32,000 nt of DNA from Candidatus Electronema halotolerans (GTDB taxonomy: Bacteria; Desulfobacterota; Desulfobulbia; Desulfobulbales; Desulfobulbaceae). The position numbers and the translations under genes are program-made. Positions 17,591-27,369 of the stretch are shown one piece after another. Under the pieces are notes generated by a model, which saw only the letters and a list, made by a program, of their open reading frames with translations, ran no database searches and was not told the DNA's origin. Position 1 is the first letter of the stretch. The number at the start of each line of letters is the position of its first letter. Location: contig OW818675.1 in assembly GCA_942493095.1 (NCBI GenBank), positions 2,100,001 to 2,132,000 on the forward strand, in the 5' to 3' direction.

Positions 17591-18901
17591 TTACTGCTGG
17601 CAGTCAACAGCGCAGTTAAGAGTGTTTTCCGCACCCTCGCAGACACCGTCGCCGCAGCAGTAGCTTGACCAGCAGTCCGAGCAGGAGGAGTCTTCCTTTT
17701 TAGGATGGCAGGTGCCATCGCATTTGCCTTTGAAGCAATCTCCACAGGTGCCGCCGTTCGGGCCGCTGATGCAGTCACTTGGGCAGGAAGAGCAATTTTC
17801 GCCAGTATCGCAAACACCGTTGCCGCATAACGAGACACACTGATCAAGGTCTTCGTTGCAGCTTGCGCTGGTTCCGCAGGGATCGCCGGAGCTGCCGCAT
17901 TGCTGTGTTGCCTCGTTGCACACCTCGCTGCCATTGCAGAAGATTCCATCATCCGCACAAGGTATTGCTGTTCCTGCCTGGCAGGAGCCGCTGACGCACA
18001 TCTCCGCACCGTCACAGTACACCCCGTTGTCGCAGTCGGCATCTGAGGAGCAGCCCACAGGAGTCAGACTGAAATTGGCCATCCCAAAGTTGAGATCATT
18101 GGCATGACCGCTGTACGCCATCCAGAAGGTGCCGTCATTGTTCGGGCCGCTGTTCTCGCCCCAACTGTTCTTGCAGAGATACGCTCCCTTGCTGTCATCC
18201 CAGCCAATCAGCAATATTGCATGGCCGCCTTGGTAGCTGGCAGTTTGGTTGACATACACTTGGCCCGCCGAGCCGTTGTTCCAATAGGTGTAGAAATCGC
18301 TATGAACATCAAAACGGAAATAACTTGGCCCATAGGTGTACAGTGAATTTTTGAAGTCGCTGACAGTGGCGGGCACGGTATGCCAATCAGTCACTTGATA
18401 ACTGAGCTGGGCATTTTGCTCTTCCAAGCATTCTGTCGCGTCAGAAGCGGTATAGGGAAAATAGGATTCGTTTTCCGGCCCCTTGCTTTCCCAATAGCGG
18501 ATGGCTGTGGCACTGCCTCCTGAACAACCCAGCATTGCGGTGTTGCAGGACACCTGCTGCTGTTCGGACAAATCTTCCGGGCCAACTCCATACGCTTTCA
18601 ACAGATGAGACTCAAAGGCGCCAACGCTGGCAAAGGCCCAGCAGGAGCCGCACGAGCCTTGATTCTTGGCAGAAGTCACTATTCCTTCATTGCGGGCATC
18701 GTAGGCAACGGGCAGTTCCCCAGCCATATCCATAGCCGAGAGCTTGAGGTGTTTTTTGTAGAAGTCATTGGGAAGAGGTATGTCACCAAGTTCATATTTC
18801 TGTTGTTTGACAGACTTGGCAAAGCCTTGATTAACTGCAATGGCGCAGATAATGGCCGCAGCAGTCACAAGCACCATCCTGAGCATCATTTTTGTCTTCA
18901 C
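17591..18901 (-). CDS. Secreted C1A (papain-like) cysteine protease with Cys-rich C-terminal tail
   Basis: Signal peptide. Catalytic Cys motif 'VTSAKNQGSCGSCWAFASVGAFES', His motif 'GGHAILLIGWDD', Asn motif 'YLCKNSWGE'. The tail contains roughly 30 Cys. Confidence 0.9.
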   Translation of the reverse strand: MKTKMMLRMVLVTAAAIICAIAVNQGFAKSVKQQKYELGDIPLPNDFYKKHLKLSAMDMAGELPVAYDARNEGIVTSAKNQGSCGSCWAFASVGAFESHLLKAYGVGPEDLSEQQQVSCNTAMLGCSGGSATAIRYWESKGPENESYFPYTASDATECLEEQNAQLSYQVTDWHTVPATVSDFKNSLYTYGPSYFRFDVHSDFYTYWNNGSAGQVYVNQTASYQGGHAILLIGWDDSKGAYLCKNSWGENSGPNNDGTFWMAYSGHANDLNFGMANFSLTPVGCSSDADCDNGVYCDGAEMCVSGSCQAGTAIPCADDGIFCNGSEVCNEATQQCGSSGDPCGTSASCNEDLDQCVSLCGNGVCDTGENCSSCPSDCISGPNGGTCGDCFKGKCDGTCHPKKEDSSCSDCWSSYCCGDGVCEGAENTLNCAVDCQQ

Positions 18902-18935
18902 TGTAAAGCCTCCTCCCTTGCTGATTAAATGAAAT

Positions 18936-18966
18936 AAAAAAGGCAGCCTCCTGTTTGGAGGCTGCC
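18936..18966 (-). terminator. Rho-independent terminator downstream of the 18992-20026 gene
   Basis: Perfect 10-bp stem GGCAGCCTCC (18942-18951) / GGAGGCTGCC (18957-18966), 5-nt loop, followed on the minus strand by TTTTTT(ATTTC). Confidence 0.9.
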
Positions 18967-18991
18967 TTTCACTAAAAACATAATGAGTATT

Positions 18992-20026
18992 TTATTTGCA
19001 GACAGTTGTTGCGGCATGGGCAACAATGTACAGAATATCTGCGTTGCTGGCTGTGACCGTAAACTCGTCCTCGCTGGCATCGGTCAGCTCATGCAGATAG
19101 CCGTATTTGCCAGGAGCAGTTGTTGCAACATTTGTTGTGCCGACATAGAGATGCGTTTCAGACATCGTTGCAACATCAAACATCTCGTAGGCCACGTTGA
19201 CCTGATCACCTTGACGGGTGATAGTTAATGTGCCGACAAGAGTACCCTTGCTAAGATCGTTCTGTCCTGCACCGGCATAAATATCCTTCACGATGGGTTT
19301 AACAGTGTCTCCGGCGGGTACAGTGATCTGCCAGCCCCATCTGGCATTCTTGAGTGTTAAATCATCACTGTCGGCCACGAACGTTTTTTCGCCGAGAGCA
19401 AAGGCTGTTTCGTTGCTGCAGGTTGGTTCAGGAGGAGGAGGCGCGATCTCGTCAACAGGACACGTAAAGTCAATGGAAGCATACATGGCCCAGCTGCCGC
19501 CGGCAAGAATTTGCTGTCCGTCAATCCAGCCAGTCTGGGTGTTGTAACCATCAGCACCGTTGTCTTGGCGTACTGCGGCATGGCCTGCAAGCAGAGCCGA
19601 ACTGTCGCACAAATCCTCTGGGACGGCTGCGTCAAAGGTGGTCAGCGGCACCCTGAATTGATAGGTTGTTTCACCGCTGATGTCGCCAGAAACAAAGGGG
19701 AACCTGCCGATCTGCGGATTGCCTTTTTTATTTGCAGGCATTCCGGCTGCTACAGGATCGTCACCCACGCCAGCCCAAAGATGGGCTTCCGTTAGCTGCC
19801 AGCTGTCATCCGTATTCATGTTGTAGGTGACAAGCAGATCAGTCCCCTCAACTTTGACGCATACTTCACCAGAATCCATCCATTGACCAGCGATCAATGT
19901 CTGACATTCCGATCCTGAGGGGTAATTGGCTAGGAGTTCTGCCTGAGCGGCGAGAGGATAGGAGGTCACAAAGAATGCTGCTAATGCGACCAAACCAGTG
20001 GAGAATGCTGCTGTAGCGGTTTTCAT
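18992..20026 (-). CDS. Secreted/surface protein with two related beta-type modules
   Basis: Start 'MKTATAAFSTGLVALAAFFVTSYPLAAQA' with signal peptide and GGGAGG RBS just upstream. Contains 'VTYNMNTDDSWQLTEAHLWAG' and a second related unit 'VAYEMFDVATMSETHLYVG'. Confidence 0.8.
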   Translation of the reverse strand: MKTATAAFSTGLVALAAFFVTSYPLAAQAELLANYPSGSECQTLIAGQWMDSGEVCVKVEGTDLLVTYNMNTDDSWQLTEAHLWAGVGDDPVAAGMPANKKGNPQIGRFPFVSGDISGETTYQFRVPLTTFDAAVPEDLCDSSALLAGHAAVRQDNGADGYNTQTGWIDGQQILAGGSWAMYASIDFTCPVDEIAPPPPEPTCSNETAFALGEKTFVADSDDLTLKNARWGWQITVPAGDTVKPIVKDIYAGAGQNDLSKGTLVGTLTITRQGDQVNVAYEMFDVATMSETHLYVGTTNVATTAPGKYGYLHELTDASEDEFTVTASNADILYIVAHAATTVCK

Positions 20027-20048
20027 GACATACCTCCCGGTATTTAAC

Positions 20049-20129
20049 GTGAAGCAGGTAACTCGGCTGTCTCCTATCTTGGAGACCCGTGGCTTTCCGG
20101 CACCGCCTCGCGACGGTTGTGGCTTTATC
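20049..20129 (-). promoter_or_regulatory. Probable GEMM-I (cyclic-di-GMP-I class or variant) riboswitch aptamer
   Basis: Minus-strand RNA: AUAAAGCCACAACCGUCGCGAGGCGGUGCCGGAAAGCCACGGGUCUCCAAGAUAGGAGACAGCCGAGUUACCUGCUUCAC. ACCGUC[GCGA]GGCGGU hairpin with GNRA loop, AAAGCCACGGGUCUCC...GGAGACAGCCGAGUUACC hairpin with the typical GEMM linker sequences. Lies in the 5' UTR of a secreted-protein gene. Confidence 0.72.
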
Positions 20130-20187
20130 AACTTCCTGATGCCAGGAAGTGAGCACCCGCTATTATAGCTTCGGCTTATGTCTCTAT

Positions 20188-20218
20188 ATATTAGACCGCA
20201 AAAAAATAAGATTGTCAA
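20188..20218 (-). promoter_or_regulatory. Candidate sigma-70-type promoter for the riboswitch leader
   Basis: Minus-strand TTGACA (20213-20218) with TAATAT (20188-20193; 19-nt spacer) or the overlapping TCTAAT (17-nt spacer). An additional TATAAT lies at 20162-20167. Confidence 0.4.
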
Positions 20219-20251
20219 GACCGCAAAATGCTTTTCTTAGCAATCTTTGCC

Positions 20252-21271
20252 TCAACCGTTTGCTCTGGAGCGACTTCTGCGGCGAAAGCAGTCTCGGCCT
20301 GTCTTCATCGCTGCCAGCCCCCACAGAACGCCGCCGCCAATGGCTGCCGCCCGCAGAGCCAGCATAAACGGGGCCAGCATGGCAACTTGTCGATCTTTTT
20401 TAAAGGCTTCCTTGGTGAAAGAGATTGTTTGCAGGAGGAAAAAAAGCACCGATGCCAGCAGGACTGTCAGGCCGACGCGAGGAAGAAACGGCAGCAGCGG
20501 CAAACTAGCAATCGCACAGAATAAGGCCAGAATTTGCAGCTTGAGCGACTGCGGGGTATAGGAATCCTTGAGCATCTTACCGGGATAGAGCCGGTACACC
20601 ATCATCCGCCAATAGCCCCGGCCAAATTTGATATGGAAATAGCGGCGCACTGAGTCCGGGTGATTCAAGTGGCGCACCGATGCCTTGGGCACAAAAATCA
20701 TGGTGTATCCCTGCTCAGACATGCGGTAGGAAAACTCGGTGTCCTCGTTGTTAGCCTCTGGAAAGCGGGTGTCAAAGCCGCCGAGCCGAGTGAAAATTTC
20801 TTTTCTGAAACCGGCGGAATACGTGGCGATCATGTCAATGGAGTCTTGTTGGGCCAGCATTCGGAAGCGTTCCTCAAATTCAAGCTGGGTAAAGCGGGCC
20901 ACAATGCTTTGCTGCTCAGTGCGGTACCCCCCCTTGACTGCCGCCACCTCTGGGCGGGCAAAGGGCGCGGTTATGTCCTCCAGCCAGTTTGGATCAGGCA
21001 CACAATCCGCATCTGTGAAAAAGATCAAACTGCCTTCAGCCAAGGCTGCGCCACGGTTGCGGGCTGCTGCCGGGCCTTGATTTTCCTGAAACACGTAGCG
21101 GACTGCGGGAAACTGGCGCACTGCCTCAGCCGTCTGATCGGTCGAGCCGTCATCAACCACAATGATTTCATAGCGGTTCCTGTCAAGGCTCTGCTGCTCC
21201 AAGGCGGCAAGACAAAGCGGCAACGTTTGTTCTGCATTCCATACTGGAACAATGACGGAATAATCAGGCAT
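20252..21271 (-). CDS. Family 2 glycosyltransferase
   Basis: 'MPDYSVIVPVWNAEQTLPLCLAALEQQ...YEIIVVDDGSTDQT...ENQGPAAARNRGAALAEGSLIFFTDADCVPDPNWL', with C-terminal TM segments. Confidence 0.9.
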   Translation of the reverse strand: MPDYSVIVPVWNAEQTLPLCLAALEQQSLDRNRYEIIVVDDGSTDQTAEAVRQFPAVRYVFQENQGPAAARNRGAALAEGSLIFFTDADCVPDPNWLEDITAPFARPEVAAVKGGYRTEQQSIVARFTQLEFEERFRMLAQQDSIDMIATYSAGFRKEIFTRLGGFDTRFPEANNEDTEFSYRMSEQGYTMIFVPKASVRHLNHPDSVRRYFHIKFGRGYWRMMVYRLYPGKMLKDSYTPQSLKLQILALFCAIASLPLLPFLPRVGLTVLLASVLFFLLQTISFTKEAFKKDRQVAMLAPFMLALRAAAIGGGVLWGLAAMKTGRDCFRRRSRSRANG

Positions 21272-22748
21272 GATCAGCTCCTTGCCGCAAATCAGAGCCG
21301 AAGAAGAGATATTTGGCAAAGGTGCGGGCGGATTTGAGAGTTCGTTTGATTTCCGCAGGATGCCGGAGCTGCTGCCGAATTTTATAAGCAAGATAAGCAG
21401 GCCGCAGATAGAATTTTTTCCGGGCCTGATCACAGAAGGCGACCAGCTCCTCAGCACTCAAGTTCTCGCCCCGAATGACCGTGTTGTGCAGACCGGAAGG
21501 AGTCAGCCACTGGCTGAAATCCTGCGTCGCAATCAGGCCGCGCTGCTCATACCAGCTATAGGCCGCAGTGCCGGGATAGACCATGACCGGATACATCTGA
21601 ATCGCGTCAGGCCGCAGGCGGATGGCGAAATCTAACGTCTGCTGCATGGTCTCCTTGGTCTCGCCTGGCAGACCGACCATGAAGCAGCCATGAATGAGGA
21701 TGCCAGCCTTTCTTGCCGACTCCATGAACTGCTCTGACTGCTCCAAGCGGATGCCCTTTTTCATGGCATCCAAAAGCTCCTGCGAGCCGCTCTCAAAGCC
21801 GACGCAAAGGCAGCGGCAGCCCGCCTTTTTCATCATCAGCATGGTTTCCAGATCAAGATCAACCCGCGCATTGGCGGTCCAGGAAATTTTGATCTTGCGC
21901 CGGATGATTTCCTCGCAAATAGCAAGGCAGCGTTGCTTGTTGGCCGGAAAGGTGTCGTCCTCAAAAAAGACCGCCTTGACTTCCGGGAACTGCTCGACAA
22001 TGTATTCAACCTCATCGACCACGTTTTTCACGCTGCGGCAGCGCAGGCGGTGGCCCATCATGGTCTGCGGATAGACGCAGAAAAAGCAGCGGTGCGGACA
22101 GCCCCGGCTGGTGGTGATGGTCACCATCGGGAACAGGGCGTTGGGATTGAAATAATGCTGCGGCTCAAGAAAGCGTTTGTAGATCGAGCTGACAAAGGGA
22201 ATGCTGTCCAAATCGTGCAGCGGCTCCCGCCTGCCAGTCTGGATGATTTTGTCTCCTTGCCGCAGCCAGAGGCCGCTGACTTGGCCAAGGTCGCTGCCGT
22301 CTGCGAGCGCGTCCGCCAGTTCTTTGATGATTGCATCAAATTCGCCCTGCGCAACCGCATCCACTGCCGCATTCAGACGCAGGCTTTGTTCCGGCAGGGC
22401 TGAGACATGAGTGCCGACCAGCACCGTGAAGACCGCCCTGCCCTCTTCAGCCAGCGCATGTTTCAGCTTTTCGCAAAATTTGACATCGTTATAAATGCTG
22501 GGCGTGCTGGTTTCGACCACCGCCAAGCTGCTGCTGAATTCCGCAACTCGGCTGAAAATCATGCTCTCGGACAAATCCGCTGCCGGAGCATCAATCAGGT
22601 CAATTTCATGCCCGCCCGCCTCGGCAAAGGCGGCAGCAGAGGCCAGCCATAAGGGATAATAAAGCGTGCCGCTTTTGGTCACTGCCGGACTGCGCTGCGG
22701 GCGGGAAAAATGTTTCAGAAAAGGCGGGTTGATGAAGGATATGCGCAT
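21264..22748 (-). CDS. Radical SAM protein with N-terminal B12-binding-type domain
   Basis: 'MRISFINPPF...YYPLWLASAAAFAEAGGHEIDLIDAP' N-domain. Radical SAM cluster motif 'SRGCPHRCFFCVYP'. Also 'CLCVGFESGSQELLDAMKKG' and 'GCFMVGLPGET'. Confidence 0.9.
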   Translation of the reverse strand: MRISFINPPFLKHFSRPQRSPAVTKSGTLYYPLWLASAAAFAEAGGHEIDLIDAPAADLSESMIFSRVAEFSSSLAVVETSTPSIYNDVKFCEKLKHALAEEGRAVFTVLVGTHVSALPEQSLRLNAAVDAVAQGEFDAIIKELADALADGSDLGQVSGLWLRQGDKIIQTGRREPLHDLDSIPFVSSIYKRFLEPQHYFNPNALFPMVTITTSRGCPHRCFFCVYPQTMMGHRLRCRSVKNVVDEVEYIVEQFPEVKAVFFEDDTFPANKQRCLAICEEIIRRKIKISWTANARVDLDLETMLMMKKAGCRCLCVGFESGSQELLDAMKKGIRLEQSEQFMESARKAGILIHGCFMVGLPGETKETMQQTLDFAIRLRPDAIQMYPVMVYPGTAAYSWYEQRGLIATQDFSQWLTPSGLHNTVIRGENLSAEELVAFCDQARKKFYLRPAYLAYKIRQQLRHPAEIKRTLKSARTFAKYLFFGSDLRQGADHA

Positions 22749-22845
22749 GAATCTGTAATGTTTGCAGGGAAAAATAAGCAATACGAGAGAATGTTCAGCA
22801 GCGTTGCCGCGCCGTTCTGCTGTCCGGCACGGCGTTTCTGAGCAT

Positions 22846-23625
22846 CTACCCTTCAGTCAGGCCGCTTGGACTGTCAGAAAGACTGAAGTAGGGCAGGAGC
22901 AGGTCTTCCATGCTGTAAAAGCCTGCTGGACGGCCTTTGAGATTGTCAACCGCGAAGAGAATGCCGTTGCCAAAGGCTTCACGGGTGATCGACTCATGCC
23001 GCAGACGGACGGTCTGATAAGGAAAACCGAAGAGCATTTCATGCACCCCGATGATCCCGCCCGCCCGGACCGACTTGATTTCCTCCTCCGGCAAACCCAA
23101 AGTGCGGGCGATGATCTTGGCTGTGCCGGAAACTTCTTGTTTCTCCCGGAAATGCTCCTCAACGATTTCAATATCTGTGTAAGGGGCAATGTTTTTCAGG
23201 ATTTTGGCGGCAATAAGGAGAAAGTTGATGCCGACCGTGATGTTGGGCGAGTGCATGACCACAGTGCGTTCGGCTAATTGATGGAGCCGCGCCAGCGTCG
23301 CCTCTGGATACTTGGAGATGGCGCTGATGATGGTGATGCCAAGTTCAGCCGCTGTTTCGCCGTAATAGTCAATGCCTTCCTCAGAGGAAAAGTCAATCAC
23401 CGCGTCAACAGGAAACCTGCGCAGCAGCTCTGCGGCGCTGAACTCATCTTTTGAGTAAAGCAGGCCTGGCTCTTCTGATTCAACGCCCAAAAATTCAGGC
23501 ACAGAGCGGTGCTCCAGCTTGTGGGAGCGGCGCACCACCCATTGCAGCTTGGTCTGTTTTGATTCCAGCAGCACCGAAGCAACTGCCTTGCCTGTCTTGC
23601 CAAAGCCGATAATGCCGACCTTCAT
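22846..23625 (-). CDS. dapB: 4-hydroxy-tetrahydrodipicolinate reductase
   Basis: 'MKVGIIGFGKTGKAVASVLL', 'DAVIDFSSEEG', 'SPNITVGINFLL', 'DIEIVEEHFREKQEVSGTA', 'RAGGIIGVHEMLFG'. Confidence 0.85.
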   Translation of the reverse strand: MKVGIIGFGKTGKAVASVLLESKQTKLQWVVRRSHKLEHRSVPEFLGVESEEPGLLYSKDEFSAAELLRRFPVDAVIDFSSEEGIDYYGETAAELGITIISAISKYPEATLARLHQLAERTVVMHSPNITVGINFLLIAAKILKNIAPYTDIEIVEEHFREKQEVSGTAKIIARTLGLPEEEIKSVRAGGIIGVHEMLFGFPYQTVRLRHESITREAFGNGILFAVDNLKGRPAGFYSMEDLLLPYFSLSDSPSGLTEG

Positions 23626-23922
23626 TATTGCACCTCCTTGGGCGGTAGAAAAAAGATGCGGACACGGGCGGCTGCCTGTCCTGCCTGCGGAAATCCAGCC
23701 ATTGCCGCCGCCTGCACCGAACAATCAGGCAAAGAAGACTCCTTGGCTGCTTGGGAGCCTGCTGAAGAACGGCACAGGAATCGGAACACAGGAAGGCGGT
23801 TTTGTGATGCGGCCTGCGAAGGGCTATGGCAGACTGCGGGTTTCCTCACTTCAATGTACCTGCTGGAACCCTTGCGGGTCAAGGAAGGAAATGGTTGCGG
23901 CAGGACGGGAGAGGTGCGCTTC

Positions 23923-24240
23923 TCAGCCGCATTCCTGCCGCATCCAATCCAAATAACCGGAAAAGCCGTCAGTGATCGGCACCTGAATAATCTCCGGCAC
24001 CTCGTAGGCATGGTTGGCCAGAATCACCTCCTCCACTTTGGCGTGCAGGGCGCGCATGGTCTTGATCAGCACCAGCTTTTCCGCGTCGCGGCAGACTCTG
24101 CCCTGCCAGCGGCAACAGCTCTGCATCGGCATGACCTGCACACAGGCGGCCAGCCGCTGCTCCAGCAGGGCATCAATGATCTGCCTGCCGTTGTCGTCAT
24201 CGGCAAAGGTGGTGATGATGATGCAGCATTCCTCGCTCAT
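23923..24240 (-). CDS. cutA: Divalent-cation tolerance protein CutA
   Basis: 'TTFADDDNGRQIIDALLEQRLAACVQVMP...YRWQGRV-like...VLIKTM...HAYEVPEIIQVPITDGFSGYLDWM'. Confidence 0.9.
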   Translation of the reverse strand: MSEECCIIITTFADDDNGRQIIDALLEQRLAACVQVMPMQSCCRWQGRVCRDAEKLVLIKTMRALHAKVEEVILANHAYEVPEIIQVPITDGFSGYLDWMRQECG

Positions 24241-24983
24241 GATCCGCTCCTGACAAATTTTTGCAGGGCCGCCCTGGCCTGCTTTGCTCCGGCCTCGGTC
24301 ATCATCATGGTGATGAGCCGCTCAAGCTGTTCCTGGGCAGGCGGCTTGTCCTGATATTGCTCGGCAATGTTGACGATCAGGTCCGCGTCAGCTAGGACTT
24401 TGAAATTGACCGTCTCCTTCGCTCGCGGCGCATGGTGGTGGCCGATGATGTCGCAGACTTCGTCAATCAGGGCTGACGGAGCGTTGAGGGCGGCGAGCAG
24501 CTCCCGCGCCACAGGCGGCCCTTCGCTGTGCTGGTAGCGGGCGCGGGTGGAATTGAATTTGCGCTCCGCCTCCTTGATGCCGATGTCGTGGAGATAGCCG
24601 CAGGCCATGATCACCATCAGGTCGCTGCCCGGCTCCTCCTTGCCAATGATCTCAGCCTGTTCGGCAACCGCCTCAGCATGACGGATGCGGCGACTGTCAC
24701 TGCCGAAATACTGACGCATGGCCGCCGCGACCTTGTCCTTGAACAGCTCTCCCTTAGCTGCGGCCAGCTCCGGCGGCAGCGAGCCAAGGCACTGCTCCGC
24801 ATAAGGGCAGTAGGAGGCGCAGCCAAAATCCATTTTGGGATTGAGCAGCTTATGGCCGCAGTTCCGGCAGGTGCGCTGGCTGTCATCCTTGAAGAACTCA
24901 ACGGTCTGACCGCAGTGCGGGCAGGTGCTCTCAAAGACCGCCTCGCCGCTCCAGTAGCGGCTGTCCTGTCCTGGGCATTGCAT
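24237..24983 (-). CDS. HD-domain phosphohydrolase with N-terminal zinc-ribbon-like region
   Basis: 'CPHCGQTVEF...CRNCGHKLLNP' zinc ribbon. 'RIRHAEAVAEQA...ACGYLHDIG' and 'IIGHHHAPR' HD residues. Overlaps cutA by 4 nt. Confidence 0.8.
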   Translation of the reverse strand: MQCPGQDSRYWSGEAVFESTCPHCGQTVEFFKDDSQRTCRNCGHKLLNPKMDFGCASYCPYAEQCLGSLPPELAAAKGELFKDKVAAAMRQYFGSDSRRIRHAEAVAEQAEIIGKEEPGSDLMVIMACGYLHDIGIKEAERKFNSTRARYQHSEGPPVARELLAALNAPSALIDEVCDIIGHHHAPRAKETVNFKVLADADLIVNIAEQYQDKPPAQEQLERLITMMMTEAGAKQARAALQKFVRSGS

Positions 24984-25119
24984 GATGTTCTCCTTGTTTT
25001 TTGGTTGCGACAGTGTTGAGGTGCGGAATCCATTGCGAAGCCGTGGAGGCTAACACCAACTTGCTATCCGAACAGCAAAGTGCTTTTTATCAACACCTCA
25101 CTAACAGAGGCAAGGTCAT

Positions 25120-25851
25120 TTATTCCTTCAGCATAGAAGGAAAATATCTTTCTTGAATTTTAATCCTTGCTTGCTTTTCTACTATTGGCAACTTCATATG
25201 AAGGATTCCGATAAGTTTTGAGTTTGCTAAACCTGCATGGCCTGATTTTATCAGTGATTTAAAAGTTGATCCATCTATTAGACCATTGATTTCTAAATGT
25301 TTTATATAAAAACCAATTTCTCTATTGGAATCCAAGCTGCTATGAGCTATCAAGTGTCGTAAAAGCTTACATTCCGTAATCTCACTTGGAGGAACATTTG
25401 GATTTGTATATTTATCAAAATCGCAACCTGACAATTCAATTATTTGATAAAGTAGTAATATTTTAAAATTTAATTCGTTGCATTCATCCGCCATCAACCA
25501 CAACCTAAGTTGTAGTGCCAATATTGCATCCCATTCTTGTTTTCCTATATAATTAGGAAAAGACTGTTCAGCTCCAATCTTAAAACAAAATTCCTTTTCA
25601 ATTCGTTGCCCAATTATTTCTGCTGCCACTTTTGTAGTAGTTAAAAAGAACCATCTGTCTAACTCTCTCTCAATTTCTTGCTCGTATGAAAGGTCATTGT
25701 ATTTTACGTCAATAATTTCTAAATAAACATTATTATTCTCTGTTGTTACTTTAAAATGATCAGGTAATAATTTTTTAAACTTTTCCAATACAGGCGGAAA
25801 GAACTCTGAACCATCATCTAACTCAAATGACAATAAAAATTTAGCGTTCAT
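25120..25851 (-). CDS. Hypothetical protein in AT-richer DNA
   Basis: Long ORF, start taken at MNAKFLLSFELDDGSEFF. I recognise no family. Confidence 0.6.
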   Translation of the reverse strand: MNAKFLLSFELDDGSEFFPPVLEKFKKLLPDHFKVTTENNNVYLEIIDVKYNDLSYEQEIERELDRWFFLTTTKVAAEIIGQRIEKEFCFKIGAEQSFPNYIGKQEWDAILALQLRLWLMADECNELNFKILLLYQIIELSGCDFDKYTNPNVPPSEITECKLLRHLIAHSSLDSNREIGFYIKHLEINGLIDGSTFKSLIKSGHAGLANSKLIGILHMKLPIVEKQARIKIQERYFPSMLKE

Positions 25852-25886
25852 CTTGTATTGTAATATAAAATGAGTAGTCTTATCGT

Positions 25887-25912
25887 CGATTCCCACTGCT
25901 GAGTGGGAATCG
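25887..25912. promoter_or_regulatory. Perfect 11-bp inverted repeat between two minus-strand genes
   Basis: CGATTCCCACT (25887-25897) gctg AGTGGGAATCG (25902-25912). Confidence 0.75.
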
Positions 25913-25917
25913 AATTT

Positions 25918-27327
<1,410 letters not shown>

Positions 27328-27369
27328 GATCGTATCTCTGTTTGCGTAAATATTTTGGGGCGCGGTTGC

